The notes under the pieces are model-generated. The model searched no databases. It was not told the DNA's origin and worked only from the letters and a program-made list of their open reading frames with translations. Of a stretch of DNA of 64,000 bases, positions 10,467-21,636 are shown in pieces (position 1 is the stretch's first letter; each line of letters opens with the position of its first letter). The stretch comes from Hemiscyllium ocellatum (taxonomy: Eukaryota), in the NCBI RefSeq assembly GCF_020745735.1, contig NC_083438.1, positions 32,486,443 to 32,550,442 on the forward strand, given 5' to 3'. The position numbers were made by a program, and so were the translations under genes.

Positions 10467-11129
10467 GTAAAATGTTTTGTGACCAGGTTGGGGAGGAGGG
10501 AGGAGGTAGATTGGGAAAGATTTTCAGGGCAGTGTGGGAAAGAGTTGGGCCAGTGGTCTCCTCTTGCGTTGTATTTTTGTGTGATGCGTGCACAAACATT
10601 GAGCTAAAAGCATGTTCCACACCGGTTCGAAATGAGTTTTTTTAATGCTTGCTTATTGCGGCTGGATAATACCAGGAACTATATTTTGAAGACAAATTGA
10701 CAGTGTTGACACTGAATCAATTGCAGGTTTAAGTTATAAGGTGGTTCTGCCCTCAGGCTGATTTTAATTTGAAATCACTCACAGGATTAGAGAATGCTGA
10801 TTAAAACATCGGGAATGTTTCCAACATGTTGAGGCCATTCAGCCCATCATGTCCATGACACATGGAAAGCCACAATTGAACCTGCCTCGGACACACTCTG
10901 AGGCAGCATATTCCAGACCCTCGGCACTTTCAGAAACAGGTTTGTTCTCACGTTGCCATTACTTCTATTGCATTCTGTCTCAACTCCATATGATTATCAT
11001 TCCCGCACCAATGGGAATAATGTCTCCCTTTCTACTCTGCCCGGACCCTTAGGACTTCCATCATTTCGATTAAATCTCGTCCCAGGACTTCCTTTCTCTG
11101 AGTAGATCCTTTTTCCTCGGATGGTGATG

Positions 11130-12130
11130 GCTAGCACAAGGGGACATAGCTTTAAATTGAGGGGTGATAGGTGTAGGACAAATGTCCGAGGTAGTTTCTT
11201 TACTCAGAGAGTAGTAGTGGGTGTGGAATGCACTGTCTGCAATGGTTGTAGATTCATTAACTTTACGGGTGTTTAAATGGTCATTAGATGTGGACAAGAA
11301 TGGACTGGTGGAGGTTAGATGGGCTTCAGATTAGTTTCATAGGGCTGCGCAACATCGCGGGCCGAAGGGCCTGTACTGCTCTGTAACCTTCTATGTTCCA
11401 GATTGGGAAGGGGGTAGGTGCAAAGAGACCAGGATGCCCTTGTACACCAGTCGCTGAAAGTAAGCGTCGAGGTGCAGCAGGTGGTGAGGAAGGCAGCTCC
11501 CTTCGTAGTGAGAGGATTGAAATACTGGGGCAGGAAGGTCTTGCTGCAATTGTACAGGTGAGACCACACCTGGGCTATTGTGTGCAGGTTTGGTTTCTCT
11601 ATTCAAGGAAGGATTTTCTAGTGATGGAGGTGTATACGAGACTAATTCATGGGATGCAGGGCAGATGTATGAAAAGAGTCTTGATTGGTTAGGGCTATGT
11701 TCGCTGGAGTTGAAGAGAATGGGAGCCGGGGGGGGGAAGGGGGTGTCGGGGGGGGAGGGGGAGGGGGGAGGGTTTGGGGGCTGTGGGGTTGCGGGGATAT
11801 CTTCTGGAAACCTATAAAACTCGAACATGGTTAGATGCGGGAAAGATGATCCCAATGGTGAGGAAGCCCAGAATCCATTGAAGGATATTGGGGTGGGCCA
11901 TTTAGGACTGAGATGAAGAGAAAAATCTTCACCCAGAGAGTGGTGAACCTGAGGGATTCTCTACCAGAGAGCAACTGAGGTTAAATCATTGAGTGTTTTC
12001 AAGATTGAGTTAGATATAGTTCTAAGCACCTAAGGGATCAAAGGGAATGGGGTGAAAGCAGGGACTGGATACTGAGTTGGATGATCAGCCATGATCACAT
12101 TGAATTACAGAACAAATGGCCTACTCCTGT
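11130..12130 (+). mobile_element. Degenerate CR1 LINE 3' fragments
   Basis: gggacatagctttaaattgagggg...tctttactcagagag and accacacctgggctattgtgtgcaggtttgg motifs typical of the CR1 ORF2 end. Confidence 0.65.
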
Positions 12131-12153
12131 GTCTCTATGACCTTCCTTCCATG

Positions 12154-12469
12154 CAGCAGCACGGTGGCTTAGAGGTTAGCACTACTGTCTCATGGCGCCA
12201 GGGAACCGAGTTCGATTCACAGCCTTGTGTGACTGTCTGTGTGGAGTTTGCACATTCTCCCCGTGTCTGTGCGGGTTTCCGCTGGGTGCTCTGAAGATGT
12301 GCAGGTTAGGGTGAATTGGCTGTACTAAATTGTCCCATGTTGTTGAGGGTAGTATCGGTGAGGTGCATGAGTCATGGGAAATGTATAGGTCTGGGTGGGG
12401 TACTCTTAGGAGCATCAGTATGGACTTGTTGGGCCAAATGGCTTGTTTCCACACTGTAGGGATTCAATG
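12154..12469 (+). mobile_element. HE1/V-SINE-like SINE
   Basis: gcacggtggcttagaggttagcact...gtgtggagtttgcacattctcccc...tttccacactgtagg. Confidence 0.8.
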
Positions 12470-12519
12470 TTGATTGTAAGGTCAGGAATGGGGAAGTTGG
12501 CTGATGGTTGCACAATGTT

Positions 12520-13450
12520 CAGCATCATTCGTCACTTCAAAGCAAAGTCAGAGCTGGATAACATTAAGGCTTGGGCTGGCAAGGGACAAGTAACATTGTC
12601 ATTGCCTGGTACTTGTGTGATGCCAATCTCCAACTAACCATACTCTGATGTTCAATGGGGTTACCGTTGCTGAATTCCCCATTATCAACATCCTGAGGGT
12701 TACCATTGATCAGAAACTGATCTGGCATAGACTACAAGACCTGATTGGGGGCAGGCAATTCTTCAGAGAGTGACTCAACTCTTGTCTCCATAAGGATGGT
12801 CCATATTTCTATAACGCACGGATCAGGGGTGTGGTGGAGTACTCTTCAACAACATTAAAGACATTTGACACAATTCAAGGGTGACTTGCTTTGTATCAAT
12901 GACTTCCAACATTCACTCCCACCACTCACAATGTACAGTAGCAGCAGTGTGTACCAACTGTAAGATGCATTGTTACAACTCAATAATAATATTCCTGAGG
13001 TGATCCCCTTCTGTACTTGGGGCATCTACCACCTAGAAAGACAAAAATAGCAGATAGAAGGTAACACCACTCCTGACAAGTTCCCCTCCAAGTCACTCAC
13101 CATCCTGACTTATATCATTGTTGCTGGGTTAAAATTCTGGAACCCCCAGCCCAGCAACCCCACATATACTTACAGCACATGGACTGCAGTGGTTCAACAA
13201 GGCAGCTCACCACCACCTTCTCAAGGGCAACTAGGGACGGGCAATAAAACACTGGCCTCGTCAGCAGTGCCTCCACCCTGTGGACGAAAAATCATTATCC
13301 TGCGATCCTGCAGCCTGTTCTTCCAATCACCTTGGAATTTGATTTCTCTGTACATTAACCAAGGCATTGTGGGACTCTCTCCAACCCATAGACTGCAGCG
13401 GGTCAGGAAGGCAGCACACCCCCACCTTCTAAAGGGCAATAATGGGTTGG
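12520..13450 (+). mobile_element. LINE 3' fragment of a second family (also at 17600-18290)
   Basis: Shared ggggttaccattgatcagaaact...aaggcacaagtcaggagtgtgatggaatact...caccaccttctcaagggcaa sequence at both loci. Confidence 0.65.
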
Positions 13451-13819
13451 CAATAAATGCTGGGCCCAACTCGCCAATTCTACAGGCATTTATATGGTCT
13501 CTAGATAAACATATGGATCATACTGGAATAGTGCAGGGTAGAGGGGCTGCACATTGGTTACACAGGTTGGAGCAACATCGAGGGCTGAAGGACCTGGACT
13601 GTGCTGTAATGTTCTACGTTCTCACCAGCAACACCCACATCCTGAAAACAAATAAAATTAACTCTATCCTCCTGGGTTCCATATCTCTCACTCCCTTTAC
13701 TCAAAACAAAAACCTGTCAATCTCAGTCTCAGTTAACTTCTCCGATCCTCGGGTACTTTTTGAGGGACAGAGTTCCAGATTTCCACTTTCTTTCCTTTAA
13801 AGAAGTTTTATTTACTCAC

Positions 13820-14151
13820 TCTTCCTTTCAGTTTCACGCCTCCCTGTCTTCCGAACTGATCGAATCCACAAAACCAATCAGAGCCTGAGTGAGGCGATAA
13901 GAGGAGAATCGAGTTCCACGGTAAGAGAATGCCAGGTTAGAACAGATGGTCTTTCCTCTCATTCACCTTGAATCAGAGAGTCTGCCCTGCCCCGTCGCTT
14001 GACAGAAATGATACTATGCTCGGTGTTCAGCAGAGAAGTGAGGAGACATTGCTCAATATCCTGATGCTGATCGAGAACTTGTTCAGGACAGGACCTGCTC
14101 TGTACAAATGAGGAATGTACCTTTTCTTGTAAGACTTGGTTTCAGTTTCAA
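13820..14151 (-). promoter_or_regulatory. Candidate interferon-responsive promoter / non-coding first exon(s) of gene 1
   Basis: Two ISRE-like GAAACTGAAA motifs (13825-13837 and 14138-14151), a CCAATCAG at ~13874, and minus-strand donors aaga|gtgagt (13820) and aaag|gtacat (14121), in otherwise unique sequence. Confidence 0.4.
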
Positions 14152-14561
14152 TGCTCCCAGTTTGTAAATGTTGATGCCAGCTGACTTTAAAGGAACAAAT
14201 TGAGCTCCTCGTACACTGCCCCACCTCCCCAAGTGACAAATGACAGATCAAAGGGGAACATGTCAGTCCTTCTTCAAAGGTTGACTGAAATTGTGAAATT
14301 TGTAGACAAGTTCTGTCACATAGACTTTAATTTACTGGACCCAGATTTTGTGGGAGTCTGCTGTGTCGTATTTGTGGCAATACCGAGTTCAAACTTTACT
14401 ATTAATTGATGACTTTGGGTCTGGAGGATGCTGTAGAAATGTAAATCTTTGTTGTTAAAATTACTGCCAGGTCTTCCCATAACAAAAGCTGGTGGACAAA
14501 ACATGAGTAACTGTCGGCCCCTTTGCTTAGATTCAAGCATTTTCCCCACGACCGAAGTTAT

Positions 14562-14852
14562 GAGATTAGATTAGTATGGAAACAGACCCTTCAACCCAAC
14601 AAGTCTACACTGACCCTCCAAAGAATTACCCACACAGACCCATTTCCCTCTGAATAGTGCACTGAACACTATGGGCAATTTAGCATGGCCAATCTACTCG
14701 ACCTGGACCGTGGGAGGAAACCAGAGCAAACCCACACAGACACGGGGAGAATGTGCAAACTCCACACAGACAGTCACCTGAGGCTGGAATTGAACCTGGG
14801 TCCCTGGCGCTGTGAGGCAGCAGTGCTAACTACTGAGCCACCATGCCACCCC
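14562..14852 (-). mobile_element. HE1/V-SINE-like SINE
   Basis: Reverse complement of the SINE consensus seen at 1101. Confidence 0.8.
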
Positions 14853-14854
14853 CA

Positions 14855-17210
14855 GTCATTGAGGAAAGAAATAGCAAGATGGCTGGATAGAAATTGTCCC
14901 ATCAGGCAGACACAGCATGGGTTCATGAAAGCCAGATCATGTTGAAGTAATTTACTGGAGTTTGTTGTGGACATTATGAGTGCGATGGATAGTGGGGAAC
15001 CGGTGTATCTGGATTCCAGAAGGCATTCAACAAAGTGCTGCACAAAAGGCTGCTGTGTAAGGTAAAAGCATTCGGTGTTACAGGTTACGTATTAGCATAG
15101 ATAGAAGATTGATTAACTAACAGAAAGCAAAATACATTCAGGATTTAAGGGTATCTAGGGAGAGAATAGGGCCCTGCAAAGATCAGCAAGGCAGCCTATG
15201 TGAGGAGATGGGGAAGATACTAAACAAGTATCTTGCATCAATATTTACTGTGGAGAAGGACATGGAAGATATAAAAAGTGGGGAAATAGATGGTGACATC
15301 TTGAAAAATGTCCATATTACAGCGGAGGAGGTGCTGGATGTCTTGAAACACATAAAAGTTGATAAATCCCTGAGACCTGATCAGGTGTACCGTAGAACTC
15401 TGTGGGAAACTAGGGAAGTGATTGCTGGGCCTCTTGCTGAGATATTTGTATCATCGATAGTCACAGGTGAGATGCCAGAGACAGGAGGTTGGCTAACACA
15501 GTGCCACTGTTTAAGAAAGGTGGTAAGGAAAAGCCAGGGAACTATAGATCAGTGAGCCTGACATTGCTAGTGGGCAAGTTGTTGGAGGGAATCTTGAGGG
15601 ACAGGTTGTACATGTATTTGGAAAGGCAAGGACTGATTAGGGATAGTCAGCATGACTTTGTGCATGGGAAATCATGTCTCACAAACTTGATTGAGTTTTT
15701 TGAAGTAACAAAGAGGATTGATGAGGACAGAGCAGTAGATGTGATCTATATGGACTTCAGCAAGGCATTCGACAAGATTTCTCATGGTAGACCAGTTAGC
15801 AAGGTTAGATCACGTGGGATACAGGGAGAATTAGCCATTTGGATATAGAACTGGTTTGAAGGTAGAAGACAGAGAGTGGTGGTGGAGGATTGCTTTTCAG
15901 ACTGGAGACCTGTGACCAGTGGAGTGTCACAAGGATCAGTGATGGATCCACTATGTTTCGTCATTTATATAAATGATTTGGATGTGAACATAGGAGGTAT
16001 AGTTCGTAAGTTTGCAGATGACACCAAAATTGGAGGTGTAGTGGACAGCGAGGAATATTACCTCACATTACAACAGGATCTTGATTAGATGGGTCAATGG
16101 GCTGAGGAGTGGCAGATGGAGTTTAATTTAGGTAAATGTGAGGTGCTCCATTTTGGAAAAGCAAATCAGATTAGGACTTATCTATACACTTAATGGTAAG
16201 GTCCTAGGCAGTGGTACTGAACAAAGAGACATTAGAGTGCAGGTCCATTGTTCCTTGACAGTAGCATCACAGCTCGATAGAATAGTGAAGAAGGTGTTTG
16301 GGATGCTTTCGTTATTGGTCAGAACATTGAGTGTGTGAGATTGGAGGTCATGTTTTGGCTGTACAGGACTTTGGTTTAGCTACTTTTAGAATATTGTGTG
16401 CAATTCTGATGTCCTTCCTATCAGAAGGATGTTGTGAAACTTGAAAGGCTTCAGAAAAGATTTACAAGGATGTTGCCAGGGATGGAAGATTTGAGCTATC
16501 GGGAGAGGCTGAATTGGCTGAGGCTATTTTGAGATTAGATTACTTACAGTGTGGAAACAGGCCCTTCGGCCCAACAAGTCCACACCGACCCGCCGAAGCG
16601 CAACCCACCCAGACCCATTCCCCTACATTTACCCCTTCACCTAACACTATAGGCAATTTAGCATGGCCAATTCACCTAACCTGCACATTTTTGGACTGTG
16701 GGAGGAAACCGGAGCATCCGGAGGAAACCCATGCAGACATGGGGAAAATGTGCAAACTCCACACAGACAGTCACCTGAGGCAGGAATTGAACCCGGGTCT
16801 CTGGCGCTGTGAGGCAGCAGTGCTAACCACTGTGCCACCATGCCGCTTTCCCTGGAGTGTCAGGCTAAGAGGTGACTTTCTTGAGGTTAACAAAATCATG
16901 CGGGGCATGGACAGACCAGGTATTTTCCCTGGAGTGGGGAGTCCAGAACTAGAGGAAAGATATAAAAGGGACCTAAGGGGCAACATTTTCATACAGAGGG
17001 TGGTGAGTGTATGGAATGAGCTGCCATTGATGGAAGTGATGGAGGCTGGTAAAATTACAGCATTTAAAAGGCAACAGGATGGGCACATGAATAGGAAGAG
17101 TTTAGAGGGATATCGGCCAAGCGCAGGCAAATGGGACTAGATAAGGTTAGGGTATCTGGATGACTTGGACAAAGGGTCTGTTTCCATGCTGTATATCTCT
17201 ATGCCTCTAT
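14855..17210 (+). mobile_element. CR1/HER1-like LINE ORF2 fragments with RT domain, frameshifted, containing a nested SINE
   Basis: YMDFSKAFDKISH, VTSGVSQGSV, FVIYINDLD and KFADDTKIGG RT motifs; CR1 3'UTR to ~17210. Confidence 0.9.
16534..16846 (-). mobile_element. HE1/V-SINE-like SINE nested in CR1
   Basis: Near full-length reverse SINE splitting the CR1 gctattt/tttccctggag segment. Confidence 0.9.
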
Positions 17211-17599
17211 GAGAGGGCATAAATGAATATTGTTCTGGTTGGCGATCAGTGGTAGGATGTGCCTCAGGGATCAGCAATTGTTTACAATTTCCATCGATGA
17301 TTTAGAGTTTGAATGTATTTGACATTCAAAGTTCACAAATGACACTAAGGTGAGTGGTTGAGCAGAGGACACTGAAAGTGTACACAGAGGAATATAGATA
17401 GGTCATGTGAGTGGGCAAGGGTCTGGCAGTTGGAGTCAATGTTGGGAAACGTGAGGTCCTCCATTTGTTGGAATGACAGCAAAAAGGACTATATTTAAAT
17501 CATGAAAAATTGCAGCAGCTGCTGTGTAGGTGGACCTGGGTGACCTTGTGCGTGAATCATACAAAGTTGGTTGTTATGGGTGGCAGGTAATTCTAACAT

Positions 17600-18290
17600 T
17601 CAACGGTATTACCATCACTGAATTCCCCTACCGACAACATCCTTGGGGTTACCATTGATCAGAAACTCAACTGGACTCACCACATAAACACAGTGGCTAC
17701 AAGAGCAGGTCGGAGACTAGGGATACTGCGGTGAATAACTCACCTCTTGACACCCCAAAGTCAAACCACCATCTACAAGGCACAAGTCAGGAGTGTGATG
17801 GAATACTTCCCACTTGCCTAGATGCGTGCAGTTCCAACAACACTCAAGCAATTTGACACCATCCAGGATAAAGCAATCTGCTTGATTGGGACCACATCCA
17901 CAAACATTTAATCCCTCCACCACCAGCGCTCAGTAGCAGTAGTGTGTACTATTTACAAGATGCACTGCAGAAATTCACCAAAGATCCTTCAACAGCACCT
18001 TCCAAACCCATGACCACTTCCGTCCAGAAGGACAAGGGCAGCAGGTACTTTGGAACACTATCACCTGCAAGTTCCTCTCCAAGTCACTCACCACCCTGAC
18101 TTGGAAACATACCGCTTTTCCTTCACAGTCCTTGGGTCACATTCCTGGAAGTCCCTCCCACTGACATTGTAGGTCAACCTACAGCAAGTGGACTGCAGTG
18201 ATTCAGGAAGGCAGATCCCCACTACCTTCTCAAGGGCAAATGGGGATGGGCTATCAATGCTGGCCAGCCAGCAACGCCCAAGTCCCACAA
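17600..18290 (+). mobile_element. LINE 3' fragment, second family
   Basis: Homologous to 12520-13450. Confidence 0.65.
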
Positions 18291-18826
18291 ATGAATTATG
18301 AAAGCAAATAGAATATTGTCCCTCAATGCTCGAGGGATGGAGTTTAAAAACAGGGCAGTTATGCTGCAGCTGTTTAGGGAGCTGGTGAGGCCACACCTTG
18401 AGTCATCTATAGTTTTGGTCTCCTTACTTAAGAAAGGATTTATTGGCACTGAAGTGATGCAAAAGAGGTTCAATTGTTGACACCAGAGTTGAGAGGGTTG
18501 GCCTACGAGGAGCAATTAAGTGGACTTTAGAAGAAAGAGGAGGTATCTTGTAGAAACATATTAAATTATGAAGTGAATAGATGGGATAGAAGCAGGGAGG
18601 TTGTTTCCATTGGTGGGTGAAACGAGAACAAAGGGGGATATAGCCTCAAAATAAAGGTTAGAGACAAAAAAAATCTACAGATGCTGGAATCAAAGCAGCC
18701 AAGCAGGAGGCTGGGAAAACACAGCAATCCTGGCAGCATCAAAGGGTGGAAGGAGTCAATGTCTGGGTCAAATCCTGGAAAAGGACCAAATGGCCCACTC
18801 CTGCTGCTGGCCCATGTGTGCATCAG

Positions 18827-19135
18827 GCCCCGCCCCCTGTCAATCAGACAGAGTCCCCGCCCCCGTCAATCAGAGGGTGTCCATGCACCAATCAGAGGGC
18901 GTCCCCGCACCTGTCAATCAGAGGGTGTCCCCGCCCCGTCAATCAGAGGGTGTCCATGCACCAATCAGAGGGCGTCCCCGCACCTGTCAATCAGAGGGTG
19001 TCCCCGCCCCCGTCAATCAGAGGGTGTCCATGCACCAATCAGAGAGTGTCCCCGCCCCCGTCAATCAGAGGGTGTCCCCGCCCCTGTCAATCAGAGGGTG
19101 TCCCCGTCCCTGTCAATCAGCGGGAGCCCCGCCCC
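18827..19135 (+). promoter_or_regulatory. Promoter minisatellite of CCAAT-like and GC boxes
   Basis: 12 CAATCAG motifs (3 as CCAATCAG, 9 as TCAATCAG) at 22-26 bp spacing, and 7 CCCCGCCCC boxes, ~460 bp upstream of the gene 2 ATG. Confidence 0.7.
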
Positions 19136-19206
19136 CTCATTCGGGGGGGGAGGGGGAAGTCCACGCCTCTGCCTATCAGATCTTTCCTCTCAGTTTCGGA
19201 TTACCG

Positions 19207-19314
19207 GTTGTCATGGCAACCTCACAACATGTTTCTAATTGAACACAAATGTACCAATCATAGAGCAGTCTCACTGACCAATCAGGAGCCAGTCTCAGCG
19301 GCGGAATATTTAAA
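19207..19314 (+). promoter_or_regulatory. Core promoter of gene 2: RFX X-box, two CCAAT boxes, TATA-like element
   Basis: GTTGTCATGGCAAC at 19207-19220, CCAAT at 19254 and 19278, aatatttaaag at ~19305; CpG-rich sequence downstream. Confidence 0.6.
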
Positions 19315-19595
19315 GTCCCCGAGAATTCACATCGTTATTCCCCTCTCACTCCGTGATCCTCAATCTCACTCCCTCGCCTTCCCGGGATCCAGACCCGTGT
19401 CCGGAATCCACTGGATCACTCCCCTTCTCTGAGATACAGACCCGTGTCCGGAATCCACAGGATCACTCCCCTTCTCCACGGGGTGTAGACGCTGGTCCGT
19501 GATCGGGCGATCAGCACGCCCTCTCCCCACCCCACCTCCCTGGGACCCCAACCCGTGTCTGGTTCGTCGCTCTCATCCTTAATCTGGCCGCGGAA

Positions 19596-19616
19596 ATGGC
19601 TGGAGAGGAGCAACAG
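19596..19616 (+). CDS. Gene 2 (B7/butyrophilin-like V-set receptor) exon 1, MAGEEQQ
   Basis: gaaATGG Kozak context, donor CAG|gtactg, phase 0 into the leader exon. Confidence 0.75.
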
Positions 19617-19625
19617 GTACTGACA

Positions 19626-19873
19626 GAGGGTGGAGGGAGGGGGCTGCAAGGGGGAGAGGGTGGAGGGAGGGGGCTGCAAGGGGGAGAGGGTGGAGGGAGG
19701 GGGCTGCAAGGGGGAGAGGGTGGAGGGAGGGTGGGGGTGTGCAAGGGGGAGAGGGTGGAGGGAGGGTGGGGGTGTGCAAGGGGGAGAGGGTGGAGGGAGG
19801 GTGGGGGTGTGCAAGGGGGAGAGGGTGGAGGGAGGGTGGGGGTGTGCAAGGGGGAGAGGGTGGAGGGAGGGGG
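19626..19873. repeat. G-rich 30/35-bp tandem repeat in intron 1
   Basis: 3 x 30-bp units then 4 x 35-bp units of gagggtggagggagg...gcaaggggga. Confidence 0.9.
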
Positions 19874-20071
19874 GAAAGAGTGGGCCTGGGGATACAGGAC
19901 TGATGGGGGAAAGCTGGGTACTGAGGTCAGGGGGGAATGGATATGGCGTTTGGGAGGAGACAGAAAGGATGGGAGCAGGGGGGAGGGGAGAGGTCTGTAC
20001 AGGGAGGGTGCGAGGAGGGGGCACAAAGAAGAATTGGTTATAAAGGGACTCACTGTGCTTTCTTGTTGCAG

Positions 20072-20141
20072 GAACCCAGCTCACAGAAACTACTCCCCCC
20101 GCTGCTGCTGCTGCTGCTAAATGTTGTTGCTGCTGTTTCAG
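20072..20141 (+). CDS. Gene 2 signal peptide exon (EPSSQKLLPPLLLLLLNVVAAVS)
   Basis: Acceptor tttcttgttgcag, donor G|gtcagt, 70 nt, poly-Leu core. Confidence 0.85.
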
Positions 20142-21115
20142 GTCAGTGCTGTGAGTGCTGGAACATTTCAGCAGGATCAAAGGCTGGGGGTGGGGGGAAT
20201 TAGGAATTCCTCTTGCTTTAAGGTGCTGTGTGGGCTGCAAGTGGACCCACTGAGGGAGTTGGTCACAATAGATTCACATTACACACTGTGATCATGAGAG
20301 AGAGAGCTGTCAAGAAGGCACTTAATGTCTTCAGATTAACCCCAGGAATGGGAACACTGGCATCTGGACCCTGAGCAACACTCAGTGACACTGGGATGGG
20401 ACAGTTTGGTACTGTGGGATTGGGATTGAGTACTAAGCACTGGGTTCAGGCGTATGAGAAATTTTACAATCCCCCTCCCTTTAATATTTCAAAGATGTCA
20501 ATCATATCACCTCAACCTTTTGAAGTTCTAGAGAAAAGATATAATTTGTGTAATCTCTTTTATACTTTAACCCCTGAAGTCCTGGTATCATTCCAAGGCC
20601 AGTCTATCCTTCCTACGTTGCGGTTCCCAGATCTGCTCACAGTATTCCAAGTGGGGTCTAAGCATAATGACTGCATTCCTATACTCCAGTCCTCTGGATT
20701 TAAAGACTAGAACTCAATTACTTCTCATTTATTTCTTGCCATTTTAAATATCTATCCACTTGAACCCCCAAGTCTCTTTGGATAATTACTGTGTTTGACT
20801 TCACACCATCCAGACAAGAGGTGCCAAGTGTGTCAGATTAATGGTGAAGGGAGATGAGATCAGTTTCAGGAGGTGGGGAGTGGTACCTTTTGGACATTGG
20901 GTTATTTTGTCTGTTTGAGTTGGTAGCTATTTACTTTAATCCACAGACCAAATCAGTTAATCCTAAATTGCCACCTATTTCCATATCTAATTTTATTTTG
21001 AAGTAATTTGTAAGTGCAGATTATAATTTTAGAATCTGTGAATAGGACTGGGTATGGGATTGGGATATAATGTAGTAGCAGTGAATACTGGACAAATACT
21101 TCCAATCTTTTCCAG

Positions 21116-21460
21116 GTGACTCGCCTGTCCCAGTTTCTGGGTTCCTTGGGGAACAGGTTGTGCTGCCCTGTACCTACAGTGGGAATGTCCCAGTCTCTGA
21201 TTTACTGGTTATCTGGGGAACACTCAAATATGAATTTTTACACCAGTTTGTCAATGGGAGTGAAGATTTGAGGGAACAAGACCCACGATTCAGAAACAGA
21301 ACAAACCTGTTCAAAGATCAACTGGAACAAGGCAACTGGTCAGTTCTGATCTCTGACCTCAGGGAGTCAGACCAGGCTGAGTACGATTGTCAGATTTACA
21401 GAAAGGTGGGAGATCAACTTCATTGGGAGAACGTTGTTCAAGTCAATCTCTCTGTGACAG
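21116..21460 (+). CDS. Gene 2 Ig V-set domain exon, B7/butyrophilin type
   Basis: 345 nt, phase 1-1. GEQVVLPC...VIW...DPRFRNRTNLFKDQLEQGNWSVLISDLRESDQAEYDC has canonical C-W-C and the B7-family R-T-x-L-F...GN-x-S-L motif. Confidence 0.92.
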
Positions 21461-21597
21461 GTGAGAGGTCTATTTTTCAGCTATTGTTTCATATGACTTG
21501 AGATGGCACATTCATTGTTAATTGACTGGGCTAGAGTCTCTGCACATTTCTGCAGTTTGTTTCACACACCGTACTAACCACACGATGTTTCCTTTAG

Positions 21598-21636
21598 AGC
21601 GAGCTCCTACACCTGGACCGTACACACCTGTACCAG
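21598..21636 (+). CDS. Gene 2 Pro/Thr-rich stalk exon (ERAPTPGPYTPVP)
   Basis: Acceptor gtttcctttag, donor G|gtaaat, 39 nt, phase 1-1. Confidence 0.8.

Noticed and set aside
13880-13926. Plus-strand donor ccacg|gtaaga as a possible distal first exon of gene 2
   Set aside because: Gene 2 has its own promoter and ATG exon at 19.2-19.6 kb; a single donor motif is insufficient.
19207-19282. Classical MHC SXY module
   Set aside because: The CCAAT boxes are in the forward orientation downstream of X and at non-canonical spacing; no S or X2 box recognised.
19416-20240. 274-aa proline-rich minus-strand ORF and overlapping Gly-rich ORFs
   Set aside because: Low-complexity translation of the G-rich intronic repeat.
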